Source: Narcine bancroftii (taxonomy: Eukaryota). Taken from it: 64,000 bases of DNA. Below the pieces are notes generated by a model. That model ran no database searches. It was not told where the DNA came from and saw only the letters and a list, made by a program, of their open reading frames with translations. Positions 1 through 11,042 of this stretch are shown here, in pieces. How positions within the stretch are numbered: the stretch's first letter is position 1; every line of letters begins with the position of its first letter. The DNA is taken from positions 205,158,377 through 205,222,376 of the forward strand of contig NC_091473.1 of NCBI RefSeq assembly GCF_036971445.1, written 5' to 3'. The position numbers and the translations under genes are program-made.

Positions 1-52
1 GCGCGGTGCGGCGCACACTGTTCTTTGGAAATTGCGGTGACGCACAAAACCT
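1..52 (+). pseudogene. 3' end of a family-D V remnant (1-13) plus its 23-RSS (14-52), cut by the window start.
   Basis: ...TGCGCGGTGCGGCG followed by CACACTG, 23-bp spacer, ACAAAACCT. Homologous to the ends of the other V_D copies. Confidence 0.55.
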
Positions 53-460
53 GATTCTGAAATCGGATGTGGGTGGAATCAAAACGGGAGGAAGAGGACG
101 GGAGATCATGTTAGTGATTGCGAAAGGCCGAGCAGGTGAAAATGTTAGATAGAATGAGCTAGAGGAATGGAATGAAAGAAGCGGAGAGAGGGAGCGAGGG
201 AGGAGATAAAAAGACGGAAGACACTGGGAATGTACAGATAGAGGGAGAAACCGTGAAAGGAGAGCGCGATGCAGAGTGTCTTCTCAACGCGGTCTGATTG
301 GTTCACGAATGAGATCATCAACCAATCAATCGTATGTGAAGGAAACTCATTCATTTCTGACCCAGGGTGTTTGTCCGCTCATAACATCGACCGACCCGTA
401 TTTCCCTATGTTCAGCTGTAATGCAGGGAAATCTTCGCATTTGACCTTAATCCGCAGATC

Positions 461-671
461 ATGGCTGTTCTGTGTTTTTTGCCGATTCTTTTGGTCGTTT
501 GGACTGGTGAGCATGTCCGATATGTTACCATCCCCAGTAGTCCACGTGTTTTTAACTTTAACATCAGTAAAGTTAGATGAGTTCCCCCGGAAGAATCAAA
601 CTCCTTAGCTCTCCCTCCGTTTACTCGTTTACTCGTTCACTGTCTACGTACTGATCTACGTCGCGCGCCCC

Positions 672-727
<56 letters not shown>

Positions 728-1326
728 GTCGCTCCTCGCCATTCTAATGAGAGAGAAACAAGTCCAGTCTCAAAAGAGATTTTTCAGCATCCGACGTGAG
801 TTTGCGACCTTGTGTGGGGTGAGCATTTGGAAAATTTCTTTCTTCCGAATTGAAGCCGAGCATCATGTTGCTCCTGAAGATTGGGCAGAATCTTAGGGCC
901 GATCTGCCAGCTGAGACAGATTGGTCAACAAGTGTCGCGCGGGTGCAGTACGGTCCAGCGGTGTTCACTCATTGTGCTTTGTTACAGGGGCCAGTGCGAA
1001 TGATTCAGTGACACAAAGACCGCCGGAAATGATAGTCGATGAAGGGCAGTTTGTGGAACTGAACTGTAGTTACTCGATGACAACCTACGCTTATTTTTGG
1101 TACATTCAAAATCCCGGAAAATCTCCAAAATATTTGCTGAAAATCCAACTGTCAGGAGACGTGTTTCCTTCTCGCGATTGTCCTGAGAGGATATCGGGTT
1201 CCTTAGAGAAAACGAGCCAGAGATTCCACCTTAATATCTCACAAATCCGCGTGGATGATTCCGCCGTGTATCTCTGCGCCGTGGAGCTCACGCTGTTCCA
1301 GGGCGGCGGGGATCTGCACAAAAACT
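461..1326 (+). CDS. Germline V gene segment, family A, copy 1. L-PART1 461-506, leader intron 507-987, L-PART2+V-REGION 988-1288, 23-RSS 1289-1326. Apparently intact.
   Basis: Inverted CCAAT pair at 296-326. ATG followed by 15 hydrophobic codons plus 1 nt, then GTGAGC donor. ttacag acceptor. V exon in frame with ORF 921..1490 (DSVTQ...NCSYS...FWYIQNPGKSPKYLL...DSAVYLCAVEL). Heptamer CACGCTG, 22-bp spacer, nonamer ACAAAAACT. (CT)n microsatellite 676-727 lies in the intron. Confidence 0.8.
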
Positions 1327-2417
1327 CACCTCGAAAATTGTCATCACGCGCGGTGGCTTGGGGGCGCTCTCGGTCCCCAGAAGCCAGTTCTGTCAGTCAG
1401 ATTAATAGAAGGGTGAAATCAACGCCGAGGTGCTGGAGATTTTCCCTCATCTTGCGTTTCTTTTTCTCTGCATCCGTTTCGTTTCTTTGAGGTTGAAGGT
1501 AGGATGACAGCGAGGGAGAAAAAGTGAACAGCTGTTTCCCAGAATATAGTGGGAAAAGGGAAGTTGTGTTTTTGTGATGGAAATTGAGAAGTTGATAAAG
1601 GCGGGGTGGGTAGGGCAAGAGCGTGGCCCCACATTCATGAGTGCATATGGCATAGAGAAGAGGACAAAGCAGGCATTGATGCGTGTTTCTGATCATCGTA
1701 GAGGAGGTGATGTTGCTGATGAGCTCTGTTGGGGGCTTCCAATGAGGATATCACAGATCCAGTCACAGATGGCTGGACAAAGTAACGGATTCTTTAGATT
1801 GGTCATCCGCTTTGCAACTGTGTGGGCGTTGAACGCCGGGCATTAGTCCTTGAACAGCAAACCCACCATGGTATTTCGGCGGTATAGGTGATTTAATAAA
1901 TAGTGGACCGTAAACGGTAGAGGGTGGGGGGGGGGGGTCGTCAGTTGTGGCGACGGGCGATGGGCGAATTGAAGTGTGTCCAGGTCCTTCCCGTGAGAGG
2001 TGTTAATGCGCTCGATAACCAAACGGCGAAAACATTTCCTCCAAGTCCGTTAACTTGTTCCTGTTGGGCAACAGGAGAGAGCACCGTGGAAGCAAAATCT
2101 CACAGAAATGCTGGAGCAACACAGCCGGTGTTGCAGAACCCAAAAGGATGGAAAGATACCTCACCGATATTTCGGGTCCGAGCCCTTCTTCAATGAATAA
2201 GAAAATCTCTTGAATGTGTTAAAATTAAGACTGCAGACTGACCGGGTTTGTTTGGGGGGGGGGGGAGTGGTGGGGGGGCTGAGAGGGGCAGTTCAAAGCG
2301 ACAGTTGATAATTGGCTATGGAAGGTAAAGAGATGAGAATTGATTTTGTTTCTGTCAACGGGGACAGAGGGAAACTCACATAGACAGAGACACAGAATGA
2401 GAGATAGAGATAGATAG

Positions 2418-2418
<1 letters not shown>

Positions 2419-2496
<78 letters not shown>

Positions 2497-2511
2497 GGAG
2501 AGAGAGAGAGG

Positions 2512-2554
<43 letters not shown>

Positions 2555-2582
2555 TGAGAGAGAGAGACAGAGAGTGAGAGAG
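2419..2582. repeat. Compound microsatellite: (GATA)-like run, then (GT)n(GA)n(GT)n(GA)n.
   Basis: Direct reading: (TG) about 32 repeats, (GA)n, GGGAG, (TG)12, (GA)n. This is the source of spurious low-complexity ORFs such as 2225..2626. Confidence 0.95.
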
Positions 2583-2667
2583 TGGAATCGAAATAGAGGG
2601 AGAGAGAGGGCCGCGGGGAAATGCAAAAGGGGGAAGAATTAATTGTTTATCCTGACTTCCCCCCCTT

Positions 2668-3010
2668 TCAGTTGTTTGCTGATTTTGTGGACCGAGTCAC
2701 TTGGCGAACCTCTGACTGATTGGGTAGCTCGCGTCCCTCCCGGCTCAGCGCAATTTCTCGCATATTACATTCATTGCGTGTTTCGTTCAGACACAAATTG
2801 AAATATCGTGGCCCATATATTAAATGCTTAAAAATTATAACCGAGACGACGTGGTTCTGCCTCACGTTTGACTGGACAGGATGACGTTGGAGAAAAGGGG
2901 CCGGATATTTCACCTCAATACGTCGAAAACGTTTGTAGCGGACTTGATGGTTTATCTCAGGGCGGTGTGGCTCACGCTGTTCTTTGGAAATAGCTGGACG
3001 CACAAATCGT
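2668..3010 (+). pseudogene. V pseudogene, family E, copy 1. Degenerate leader-like sequence, truncated V (FR3 only), 23-RSS 2973-3010.
   Basis: Degenerate leader homologue (cagttgtttgctgattttgtgg...). FR3 reads ...RIFHLNTSKTFVADLMVYLRAV with C104 changed to R. Heptamer CACGCTG, degenerate nonamer ACAAATCGT. The spurious antisense ORF 2668..3003 covers the same region. Confidence 0.6.
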
Positions 3011-3388
3011 ATGTGGTTTGAAATGAAACGCGAGAAAGAGGATGCTAGAGCACGTTAGGGATTGCTTAATGTTGAACAGGTGAAAATGTGAGACAGAGTG
3101 AGCTTCAAGAATAGAACGAAAGAAGGAGAAAGGGGGCGAGGGAGGAGATTAAAAAAAGGGTAGATGCGGGGAGTGAACAGGTAGAGGGTTGTGAAGCGAG
3201 GGGAACGCGATGCAAACTGTCTTCACTAACACGTTCTTATTGGTTGGATAATGACCACACCAACCAATCCTGTATGATGGAAACACTCTCATATCTGTCC
3301 CAAGTGTTAGACCGCTCATAACATCGCCCCACAAATTGTACTGCGGTAACATAAGGAAACCTTCGTTGATGATCTTAATCCATATACC

Positions 3389-4217
3389 ATGTTCTTCGTG
3401 AATGGTTTGGTGATTCTTTGGGCCGTTCTGACTAGTGAGCCTGTCTGACTGGTCAGCGACTTCTGCCCATTGTCCTCTCTCTACAAATCTCTAGCTTTAA
3501 CCTAATTAAAGACGGACAAATTCCCCAAATTCTTTTGCTCTTCCTTGCACGTTCTTCCTCCGCTTACTCATTTACACACTCTCTGTGTTTACTGAACTTC
3601 CTCGCGGTTTCACTGTCGCTCTCGTTCCCCCCTCTCTCGCTCTTCGCCATTTTCGTACTAGGGAAACGGGGACACATACAGAGTTTTTGCTACTTCCGAC
3701 GTGGGTACGCGACCTGATATGGTCGAGGATTTGTAAAATATCCTACCTCCGAATTTAGACCGGGCATCATGTTCCTACTGATTTGTTGGCTGATTATATG
3801 CACCGTTCCGCCTGTTGAGACTAATTGGTCAACCAGTGCCGCGCGGGTTCAGTGCCATCCAGCGGCGTTCACACATTTTGTTTTGTTCCAGGAGCGAGGG
3901 CAAAGGATTCGGTGACCTAAAGCCCGCCGCAAATGTTAGTGGATAAAGGGCAGATCGTATCAATGAGATGTAGTTACTTGATTAGCCCCGACACTAATTT
4001 TTGGTATATTCAATATCCCGGAGAATCTCCAAAATATTTGGCGAAAATCTACACGTCCCGAATCGTGGTTCAGACTCACGATTGTCCTGAGAAAATAACG
4101 CGTTATTTGGTGAAAAAGGAAATGAAATCCTACCTCAACATCTCTGAAAGCCTTGTGGAGGAATCCGTCTTGTATCTCAGGCAGCTGCAGATGGGCTGGC
4201 AGATCCACACAAAAAAC
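3389..4217 (+). pseudogene. V gene segment, family B, copy 1. L-PART1 3389-3434, V exon 3892-4177, RSS-like 4178-4217.
   Basis: In-frame TAA at 3918-3920 in FR1 (VT* instead of VTQ). V-region ends VLYL with no second Cys. Heptamer mutated to CAGGCAG, 24-bp spacer, nonamer ACAAAAAAC. Confidence 0.7.
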
Positions 4218-4460
4218 CGAACCTCATGGAATTTAATCGGACACTGTGGCTCAGGGGCGCACCCGTCAACGGAATGGAAGCGAAAGCGCGATCTACCTGA
4301 AGGGCCTGCTATAACGCGGAGTTGCAGGAGATTTGCCATCCTCTGAGCGTTTCTCTTTCTCTGAGTGCTCTTGGTCTGAATTGGAGGTTGGAAGTCAGAG
4401 GGAGAGGGAGAAACAGATAGGTATTTGTCAGTATATTGTAGGAAAATGAAGCAATGTTCT

Positions 4461-4739
4461 TTAGATGGAAGGAGAGAAGTTTAAAAAAATCTTAGCCACG
4501 CGGGTCGGTGGGATTAGCGATTCCTCAAACCTGTTATTGCTAAAATAAGCATCTAGTTCCTTGGTCTTGATGATATTAAAAACATAATTGTCGTTCTCGA
4601 ACCAGCCAAACTGGTTCTCGATCACCATCCTACATTCGGACTCATCGTTTCCATTTATTTGGGCAGCCCTGGTGGCGCCTTCTGCTAATTTGTAGATTGA
4701 GTTTGAGGTGAACTTGGCTGAACATCCATGAGTGAACAT
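4461..4739 (-). other. Unassigned 92-aa ORF remnant between V_B and V_F. Repeated in the cassettes; open only in copies 1, 3 and 4.
   Basis: ORF MFTHGCSAKFT...NQFGWFENDNYVFNIIKTKE... is present at 4461..4739, 17666..17944 and 33942..34220, and is truncated or disrupted in the other cassettes. No recognisable domain by eye. Confidence 0.2.
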
Positions 4740-5108
4740 GACTAAGGTTGAAGGGAGGGAGAGATTGGTACTGCTCTCGAAAGATTAACTAAGTGGAAGA
4801 CGGAGTCGCCTCAAGGAAGGAAGTGAAAGAGAACAGGAGAAGCGGCGAGAGGGTGCAGGAAAACATGTGAAGATGAAGGAAAGGGATGAGCAAGAGTGAA
4901 GAAGAGAGAGACGTCTGGTGTGTAAATATAGACAAGTAACACGTGGGAAAAAGAGTGAGAATGAGAACGGCCAAGATCAGTAACCAGGTTTCATTGGTTC
5001 TGTCACTATTGAGGCGATGTGCGAGGAATGCGCCCTCCTGTGCCTCCTAGAGGATGGGCCGCTACTGACGCGATGCCACAGTCATATATCGGGCGAAGAC
5101 GTTGAAAG

Positions 5109-5585
5109 ATGCTCCTGTTCATATTCATCCTGGATTCCTTCCCATTCAGTTGTTTTCTGATTCTGTGGGCCGTTCTGCTTGGAGAACCTCTGTCTAATTT
5201 GTCAGCGCGTGTCCCTCCCGGCTCAGACTATTTCCTCGCAGATCTGCACTGCTTGCTTCTTTCCGAAACAAATGGGGAAATGCTGTGACACACGGACATG
5301 GCCGCGGTAAGACAAGAAGTGGCACTGAAACTAGTTACCCGAGAGGTGTAACCTTATTTTTTGGAGACGTTACAATTCCCGTGGACCGTGAGTTCTTGGA
5401 TATAACATACTATTCAATGCGCTTCGGTCTTACGATCGTCCGGACAGGATGACGGTTCCTTTGGAGAAAAGGGCCTGGATATTCCACCTCACTGTTTCGA
5501 AAGCTGTTGAAGCGGACTTGGCCGTGTATCTCTGCGCGGTGCCGCTCACAATGTTCTTTGGAAATTACGGAAATGCACAAAAGCT
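5109..5585 (+). pseudogene. V pseudogene, family F, copy 1. Leader ATG 5109, degenerate V, FR3, RSS 5547-5585.
   Basis: Leader MLLFIFILDSFPFSVFLILWAVLLG, with the donor mutated from GTGAGC to GAGAAC and the acceptor degenerate. FR3 reads TVPLEKRAWIFHLTVSKAVEADLAVYLCAV. Heptamer CACAATG, 23-bp spacer, ACAAAAGCT. Paralogous to family D. Confidence 0.6.
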
Positions 5586-7088
5586 GATTCTGAAATCGGA
5601 TGTGGGTGGAAACAAAACCGGAGACAGAGGACGCGAGACTCAGAGTGAGACAGTCATATGGCAACTCGATCACACTCCCGCCACTCTCTGAGTGGAGGTT
5701 CCCCCTCAACCTTTCCCCTTTCACCATAAAGCGGTGTCCTCTTGTAGTTATCTCTCCAAATCTAAGTGGAAAGAGCCTACTCAATTTTACAGTGTCTACA
5801 ACTCTCTTAAATTAGTAAATCTCAATCAAGCATCCCCTTATTCCTCTACGCTACAAGTCCTAACCTGTGTAATCTTTCCCTGTAATTCAACTCCTGAATA
5901 CTCGAAACATCGTAGCAAATCTCTCTGCACTCTTTCAATCCTAAATATACCCTTCGTATAGTTTGGCGACCAGAAGGGCACACAGAACTCCTAATGTTCT
6001 CATATTTTCTATACTCCTCTCGTAGCTAATTGCTATTTGTTCCCTATACACACTTTAAACCTTTTTCACCAGATCGCAAATGTCCTCGAAAACCAAGGTT
6101 CCCTCTGCCTGTTATCAGTGCCTTTAATCGTGACAGGAACGGGCAAAATCTGCTCTCTCAAAATGTCGCATTTGAAGACCTTCCACTGACTGAACACATA
6201 TTTGCCATTAAACAGATTATTCCAGTCCACTCTTCCTCGATCGTTTCTCATTTCCATAAATTGGCCTCTCACCAATTTATAATATTAACTCGAGGGTTAG
6301 ACCTGTCCATATGCATAAGCAAATTGAAAATAAGGAAATAAAGTATTGCATCAGCTCTCGTTGGCACCTATATATATTGATTAAGAAATCTTTCCTGAAC
6401 AGATTTGACAAACGTTAAGCCACCCAGCCCTTTTACCACATGGGGGTCCAGTCAATATATGGAAAATTAAAATCACCTACTATCCCAACTTTCTGTTTCT
6501 TACATCGGTCTGCTTACTCTTTTCAGATTTGCACCGTCAATTCTCTTGGACTATTGTACGGTCTATAACACAACCCTTTCAGTGTGGCCGCATCATACCC
6601 GTTGGTGAACTACATCCATATGGCCTCTGAGGACGAGGCCTGTCCTGTCTAATCTCACTCCTCCCCCTTTCACCCTCCCACATCATGTCTGAAAGAGAGA
6701 ATCATGGAGCAATGTGCTGCCAGTCCTACTGCTCCTGCAACCACGTCTCACTAAAGGCAATAAAGTCGTGATTCCACGCCTGAAAACCTCCCGCCTTTAT
6801 GGCAATACTCGTTGCATTGAAATAAATAGAACATTTCTATCGTGTGCAAACCTTTGATTTCTGTCTATACACGCAGTCCTCACATGATATTTAACCACGT
6901 CCACCTCACTATCAGCTGTCACAGTCTGGTTTCCCTCCCCCTACAAATCAAACTTAACCCTCCGGAACAGCATCAGCAAACCTGCCTGCAAGGATATAGG
7001 TCCCCTTCCAGTTCGGATACAAACCACCTGTCGGATATATTTGCTGGAAAATCCGCAGCTCAGGGGTAGAGGGTCTGTCTCACTATTG

Positions 7089-7233
7089 GACGGACAGGAT
7101 GAAGGGTTCCTTGGAGAAAAGGGGTTGGATATTCTAAGTCACTATCTCCGGAGATCCTGAAGCGGACCTGGCCGTTTGTCTATGTTCGGTGCGATTCAGA
7201 CCCCTCCTGGGATATTGCGGAGGTATCCTTGAA
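7089..7233 (+). pseudogene. V fragment, family G (FR3 only). RSS is disrupted at a deletion junction.
   Basis: FR3-like ...ISGDPEADLAVCLCSVRF with a degenerate heptamer CAGACCC. The sequence continues straight into the post-V_A spacer at about 7233. Confidence 0.45.
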
Positions 7234-7796
7234 CAGCAAACCCACCATTGTATTTCGGCGGTATAGGTGATTTAATAAATAGTGGACCGTCAACGGTAGT
7301 GGGGGGGTGGGGTGGGGGGGGTCGTCAGTTGTGGAGACGGGCGATGGGCGAATTGAAGTGTGTCCAGGTCCTTCCCGTGAGAGGTTTTAATGCGCTCGAT
7401 AACCAAACGGCGAAAACATTTCCTCCAAGTCCGTTAACTTGCTCCTGTTGGGCAACAAGAGAGAGCACCGTGGAAGCAAAATCTCACAGAAATGCTAGAG
7501 CAACACAGCCGGTGTTGCAAAACCCAAAAGGAGGGAAAGATACCTCACCGATATTTCGGGTCCGAGCCCTTCTTCAATGAATAAGAAAATCTCTTGAATG
7601 TGTTAAAATTAAGACTGCAGACTGACCGGGTTTGTTGTGGGGGGGGGGGGGGGGAGGTGGGGAGGGGCAGTTCAAAGCGACAGTTGATAATTGGCTATGG
7701 AAGGTAAAGAGATGAGATTAGATTTTGTTTCTGTCAACGGGGACAGAGGGAAACTCACATAGACCGAGACACAGAATGAGAGATAGAGATAGATAG

Positions 7797-7797
<1 letters not shown>

Positions 7798-7881
<84 letters not shown>

Positions 7882-7890
7882 TGTCTGTGA

Positions 7891-7923
<33 letters not shown>

Positions 7924-7955
7924 AGAGAGAGAGGGAGAGAGAGAGAGAGAGAGAG

Positions 7956-7987
<32 letters not shown>

Positions 7988-8002
7988 ATTGAGAGAGAGA
8001 GA

Positions 8003-8039
<37 letters not shown>

Positions 8040-8055
8040 AGAGAGACTGAGAGAG
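7798..8055. repeat. Compound (GT)n(GA)n microsatellite, the longest copy.
   Basis: Direct reading. ORF 7799..8038 (MCVCVCV...) is an artefact of the repeat. Confidence 0.95.
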
Positions 8056-8139
8056 CGGAAACGAAATAGAGGGAGAGAGAGGGCCGCGGGGAAATGCAAA
8101 AGGGGAAGAATTAATTGTTTAACCTGACTTCCCCCCCTT

Positions 8140-8482
8140 TCAGTTGTTTGCTGATTTTGTGGACCGAGCCACTTGGCGAACCTCTGACTGATTGCGTAGC
8201 TCGCGTCTCTCCCGGCTCAGCGCAATTTCTCGCATATTACATTCATTGCGTGTTTCCTTCAGACACAAATTGAAATATCGTGGCCCATATATTAAATGCT
8301 TAAAAATTATAACCGAGACGACGTGGTTCTGCCTCACGTTTGACTGGACAGGATGACGTTGGAGAAAAGGTGCCGGATATTTCACCTCAATACGTCGAAA
8401 ACGTTTGTAGAGGACTTGATGGTTTATCTCAGGGCGGTGTGGCTCACGCTATTCTTTGGAAATAGCTGGACGCACAAATCGT
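8140..8482 (+). pseudogene. V pseudogene, family E, copy 2.
   Basis: Homologous to 2668-3010. Nonamer at 8474-8482. Confidence 0.6.
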
Positions 8483-8871
8483 ATGTGGTTTGAAATGAAA
8501 CGCGAGAAAGAGGATGCTAGAGCACGTTAGGGATTGCTTAATGTTGAACAGGTGAAAATGTGAGACAGAGTGAGCTTCAAGAATAGAACGAAAGAAGGAG
8601 AAAGGGGGCGAGGGAGGAGATTAAAAAAAGGGTAGACGCGGGGAGTGAACAGGTAGAGGGTTCGTGAAGCGAGGGGAACGCGATGCAAACTGTCTTCACT
8701 AACGCGTTCTTATTGGTTGGATAATGACCACACCAACCAATCCTGTATGATGGAAACACTCTCATATCTGTCCGAAGTGTTAGACCGCTCATAACATCGC
8801 CCCACCAATTGTACTGCGGTAACATAAGGAAACCTTCGCTGATTATCTTAATTCACATACCATGTTCTTCG

Positions 8872-9675
8872 TGAGTGGTTTGGTGATTCTTTGGGCCGTT
8901 CTGACTAGTGAGCCTGTCTGACTGGTCAGCGACTTCTGCCCATTGTCCTCTCTCCACAAATCTCTAGCTTTAACCTAATTGGACAATTTCCCCAAATTCT
9001 TTTGCTCTTCCTTGCACGTTCTTCCTCCGCTTACTCATTTACACACTCTCTGTGTTTACTGAACTTCCTCGCGGTTTCACTGTCGCTCTCGTTCCCCCCT
9101 CTCTCGCTCTTCGCCATTTTCGTACGAGGGAAACGGGGACACATACAGAGTTTCTGCTGCTCCCGACGTGGGTACGCGACCTGATATGGTGGAGGATTTG
9201 TAAAATATCCTACCTCCGAATTTAGACCGGGCATCATGTTCCTACTGATTTGTTGGCTGATTATATGCACCGTTCTGCCTGTTGAATTAATTGTGCCGCG
9301 CGGGTTCAGTGCCATCCAGCGGCGTTCACACATTTTGTTTTGTTCCAGGGGCGAGGGCAAAGGATTCGGTGACCTAAAGCCCGCCGCAAATGTTAGTGGA
9401 TAAAGGGCAGATCGTATCAATGAGATGTAGTTACTTGATTAGCCCCGACACTAATTTTTGGTACATTCAATATCCCGGAGAATCTCCAAAATATTTGGCG
9501 AAAATCTACACGTCCCGAATCGTGGTTCAGACTCACGATTGTCCTGAGAAAATAACGCGTTATTTGGTGAAAAAGGAAATGAAATCCCACCTCAACATCT
9601 CTGAAAGCCTTGTGGAGGAATCCGTCTTGTATCTCACGCAGCTGCAGATGGGCTGGCAGATCCACACAAAAAAAC
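8872..9675 (+). pseudogene. V gene segment, family B, copy 2. L-PART1 8872-8917, V exon 9349-9634, RSS 9635-9675.
   Basis: Same TAA nonsense (9375-9377) as copy 1. No C104. Heptamer CACGCAG, nonamer with an extra A. Confidence 0.7.
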
Positions 9676-10565
9676 CGAACCTCATGGAATTTAATCGGAC
9701 ACTGTGGCTCAGGGGCGCACCCGTCAACGGAATGGAAGCGACAGCGCGATCTGCCTGAAGGGCCTGCTATAACGCGGAGTTGCAGGAGATTTGCCATTCT
9801 CTGAGCGTTTCTCTTTCTCTGAGTGCTCTTGGTCTGAATTGGAGGTTGGAAGTCAGAGGGAGAGGGAGAAACAGATAGGTATTTGTCAGTATATTGTAGG
9901 AAAATGAAGCAATGTTCTTTAGATGGAAGGTGAGAAGTTTAAAAAAATCTTAGCCACGCGGGTCGGTGGGATTAGCGATTCCTCAAACCTGTTATTGCTA
10001 AAATAAACAACTAGCTCCTTGGTCTTGATGATATTAAAAACATAATTGTCGTTCTCGAACCAGCCAAATGATTCTCGATCACCATCGTGCATTCGGACTC
10101 ATCGTTTCCATTTATTTGGGCAGCCCTGGTGGCGCCTTCTGCTAATTTGTAGATTGAGTTGGAGGTGAACTTGGCTGAACATCCATGAGTGAACATGGCT
10201 AAGGTTGAAGGGAGGGAGAGATTGGCACTGCTCTCGAAAGATTAACTAAGTGGAAGACGGAGTCGCCTCAAGGAAGGAAGTGAAAGAGAACAGGAGAAGC
10301 GGCGAGAGGGTGCAGGAAAACATGTGAAGATGAAGGAAAGGGATGAGCAAGAGTGAAGAAGAGAGAGACGTCTGGTGTGTAAATATAGACAAGTAACACG
10401 TGGGAAAAAGAGTGAGAATGAGAACGGCCAAGATTAGTAACCAGGTTTCATTGGTTCTGTCACTATTGTGGCGATGTGCGAGAAATGCGCTCTCCTGTGC
10501 ATTCTAGAGGATGGGCCGCTACTGACGCGATCCCACAGTCATATATCGGGCGAAGACTTTGAAAG

Positions 10566-11042
10566 ATGCTCCTGTTCATATTCATCCTGGATTCCATCCC
10601 ATTCAGTTAATTTCTGATTCTGTGGGCCGTTCTGCTTGGAGAACCTCTGTCTAATTTGTCAGCGCGTGTCCCTCCCGGCTCAGACTATTTCCTCGCAGAC
10701 CTGCACTGCTTGCTTCTTTGCGAAACAAATGGGGAAATGCTGTGACACACGGACATGGCCGCGGTAAGACAAGAAGTGGCACTGAAACTAGTTACCCGAG
10801 AGGTGTAACCTTATTTTTTGGAGACGTTACAATTCCCGTGGACCGTGAGATCTTGGATATATCATAGTATTCAATGCGCTTCGGTCTCACGATCGTCCGG
10901 ACAGGATGACGGTCCCTTTGGTGAAAAGGGCCTGGATATTCCTCCTCAATGTTTCGAAAGCTGTGGAAGCGGACTTGGCCGTGTATCTCTGCGCGGTGCC
11001 GCTCACTCTGTTCTTTGGAAATTGCAGAAATGCACAAAAGCT
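10566..11042 (+). pseudogene. V pseudogene, family F, copy 2.
   Basis: Heptamer CACTCTG at 11004-11010. Nonamer at 11034-11042. A deletion lies downstream of the RSS. Confidence 0.6.

Noticed and set aside
865-925. Proximal ATG-leader-like ORF immediately upstream of each V exon (MFLLKIGQNLRADL..., MFLLICWLII...) taken as the true L-PART1
   Set aside because: In A it is frameshifted and non-hydrophobic with no donor. In B the donor is TT. In C the ATG is ATT. The distal leaders have promoter, ATG, hydrophobic core and a phase-1 GTGAG donor, so the proximal units are interpreted as intronic relics. This is reported as a finding rather than as exons.
1924-2196. 90-110 aa ORF MGGGGRQLWRR... recurring after V_A (also 7248..7580)
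   Set aside because: It starts in a poly-G tract, has no splice or promoter context, and recurs only because the whole cassette is duplicated. Most likely non-coding.
2225-2626. ORFs 2225..2626, 7755..8099, 7799..8038 and similar (HTHTHT..., MCVCVCV..., SLSLSL...)
   Set aside because: They are translations of (GT)n and (GA)n microsatellites, low-complexity artefacts.
2610-2630. ATGCAAAAG upstream of V_E resembling the Ig octamer ATGCAAAT
   Set aside because: Imperfect match, not positioned upstream of a functional leader, and absent from the promoters of the intact V genes.
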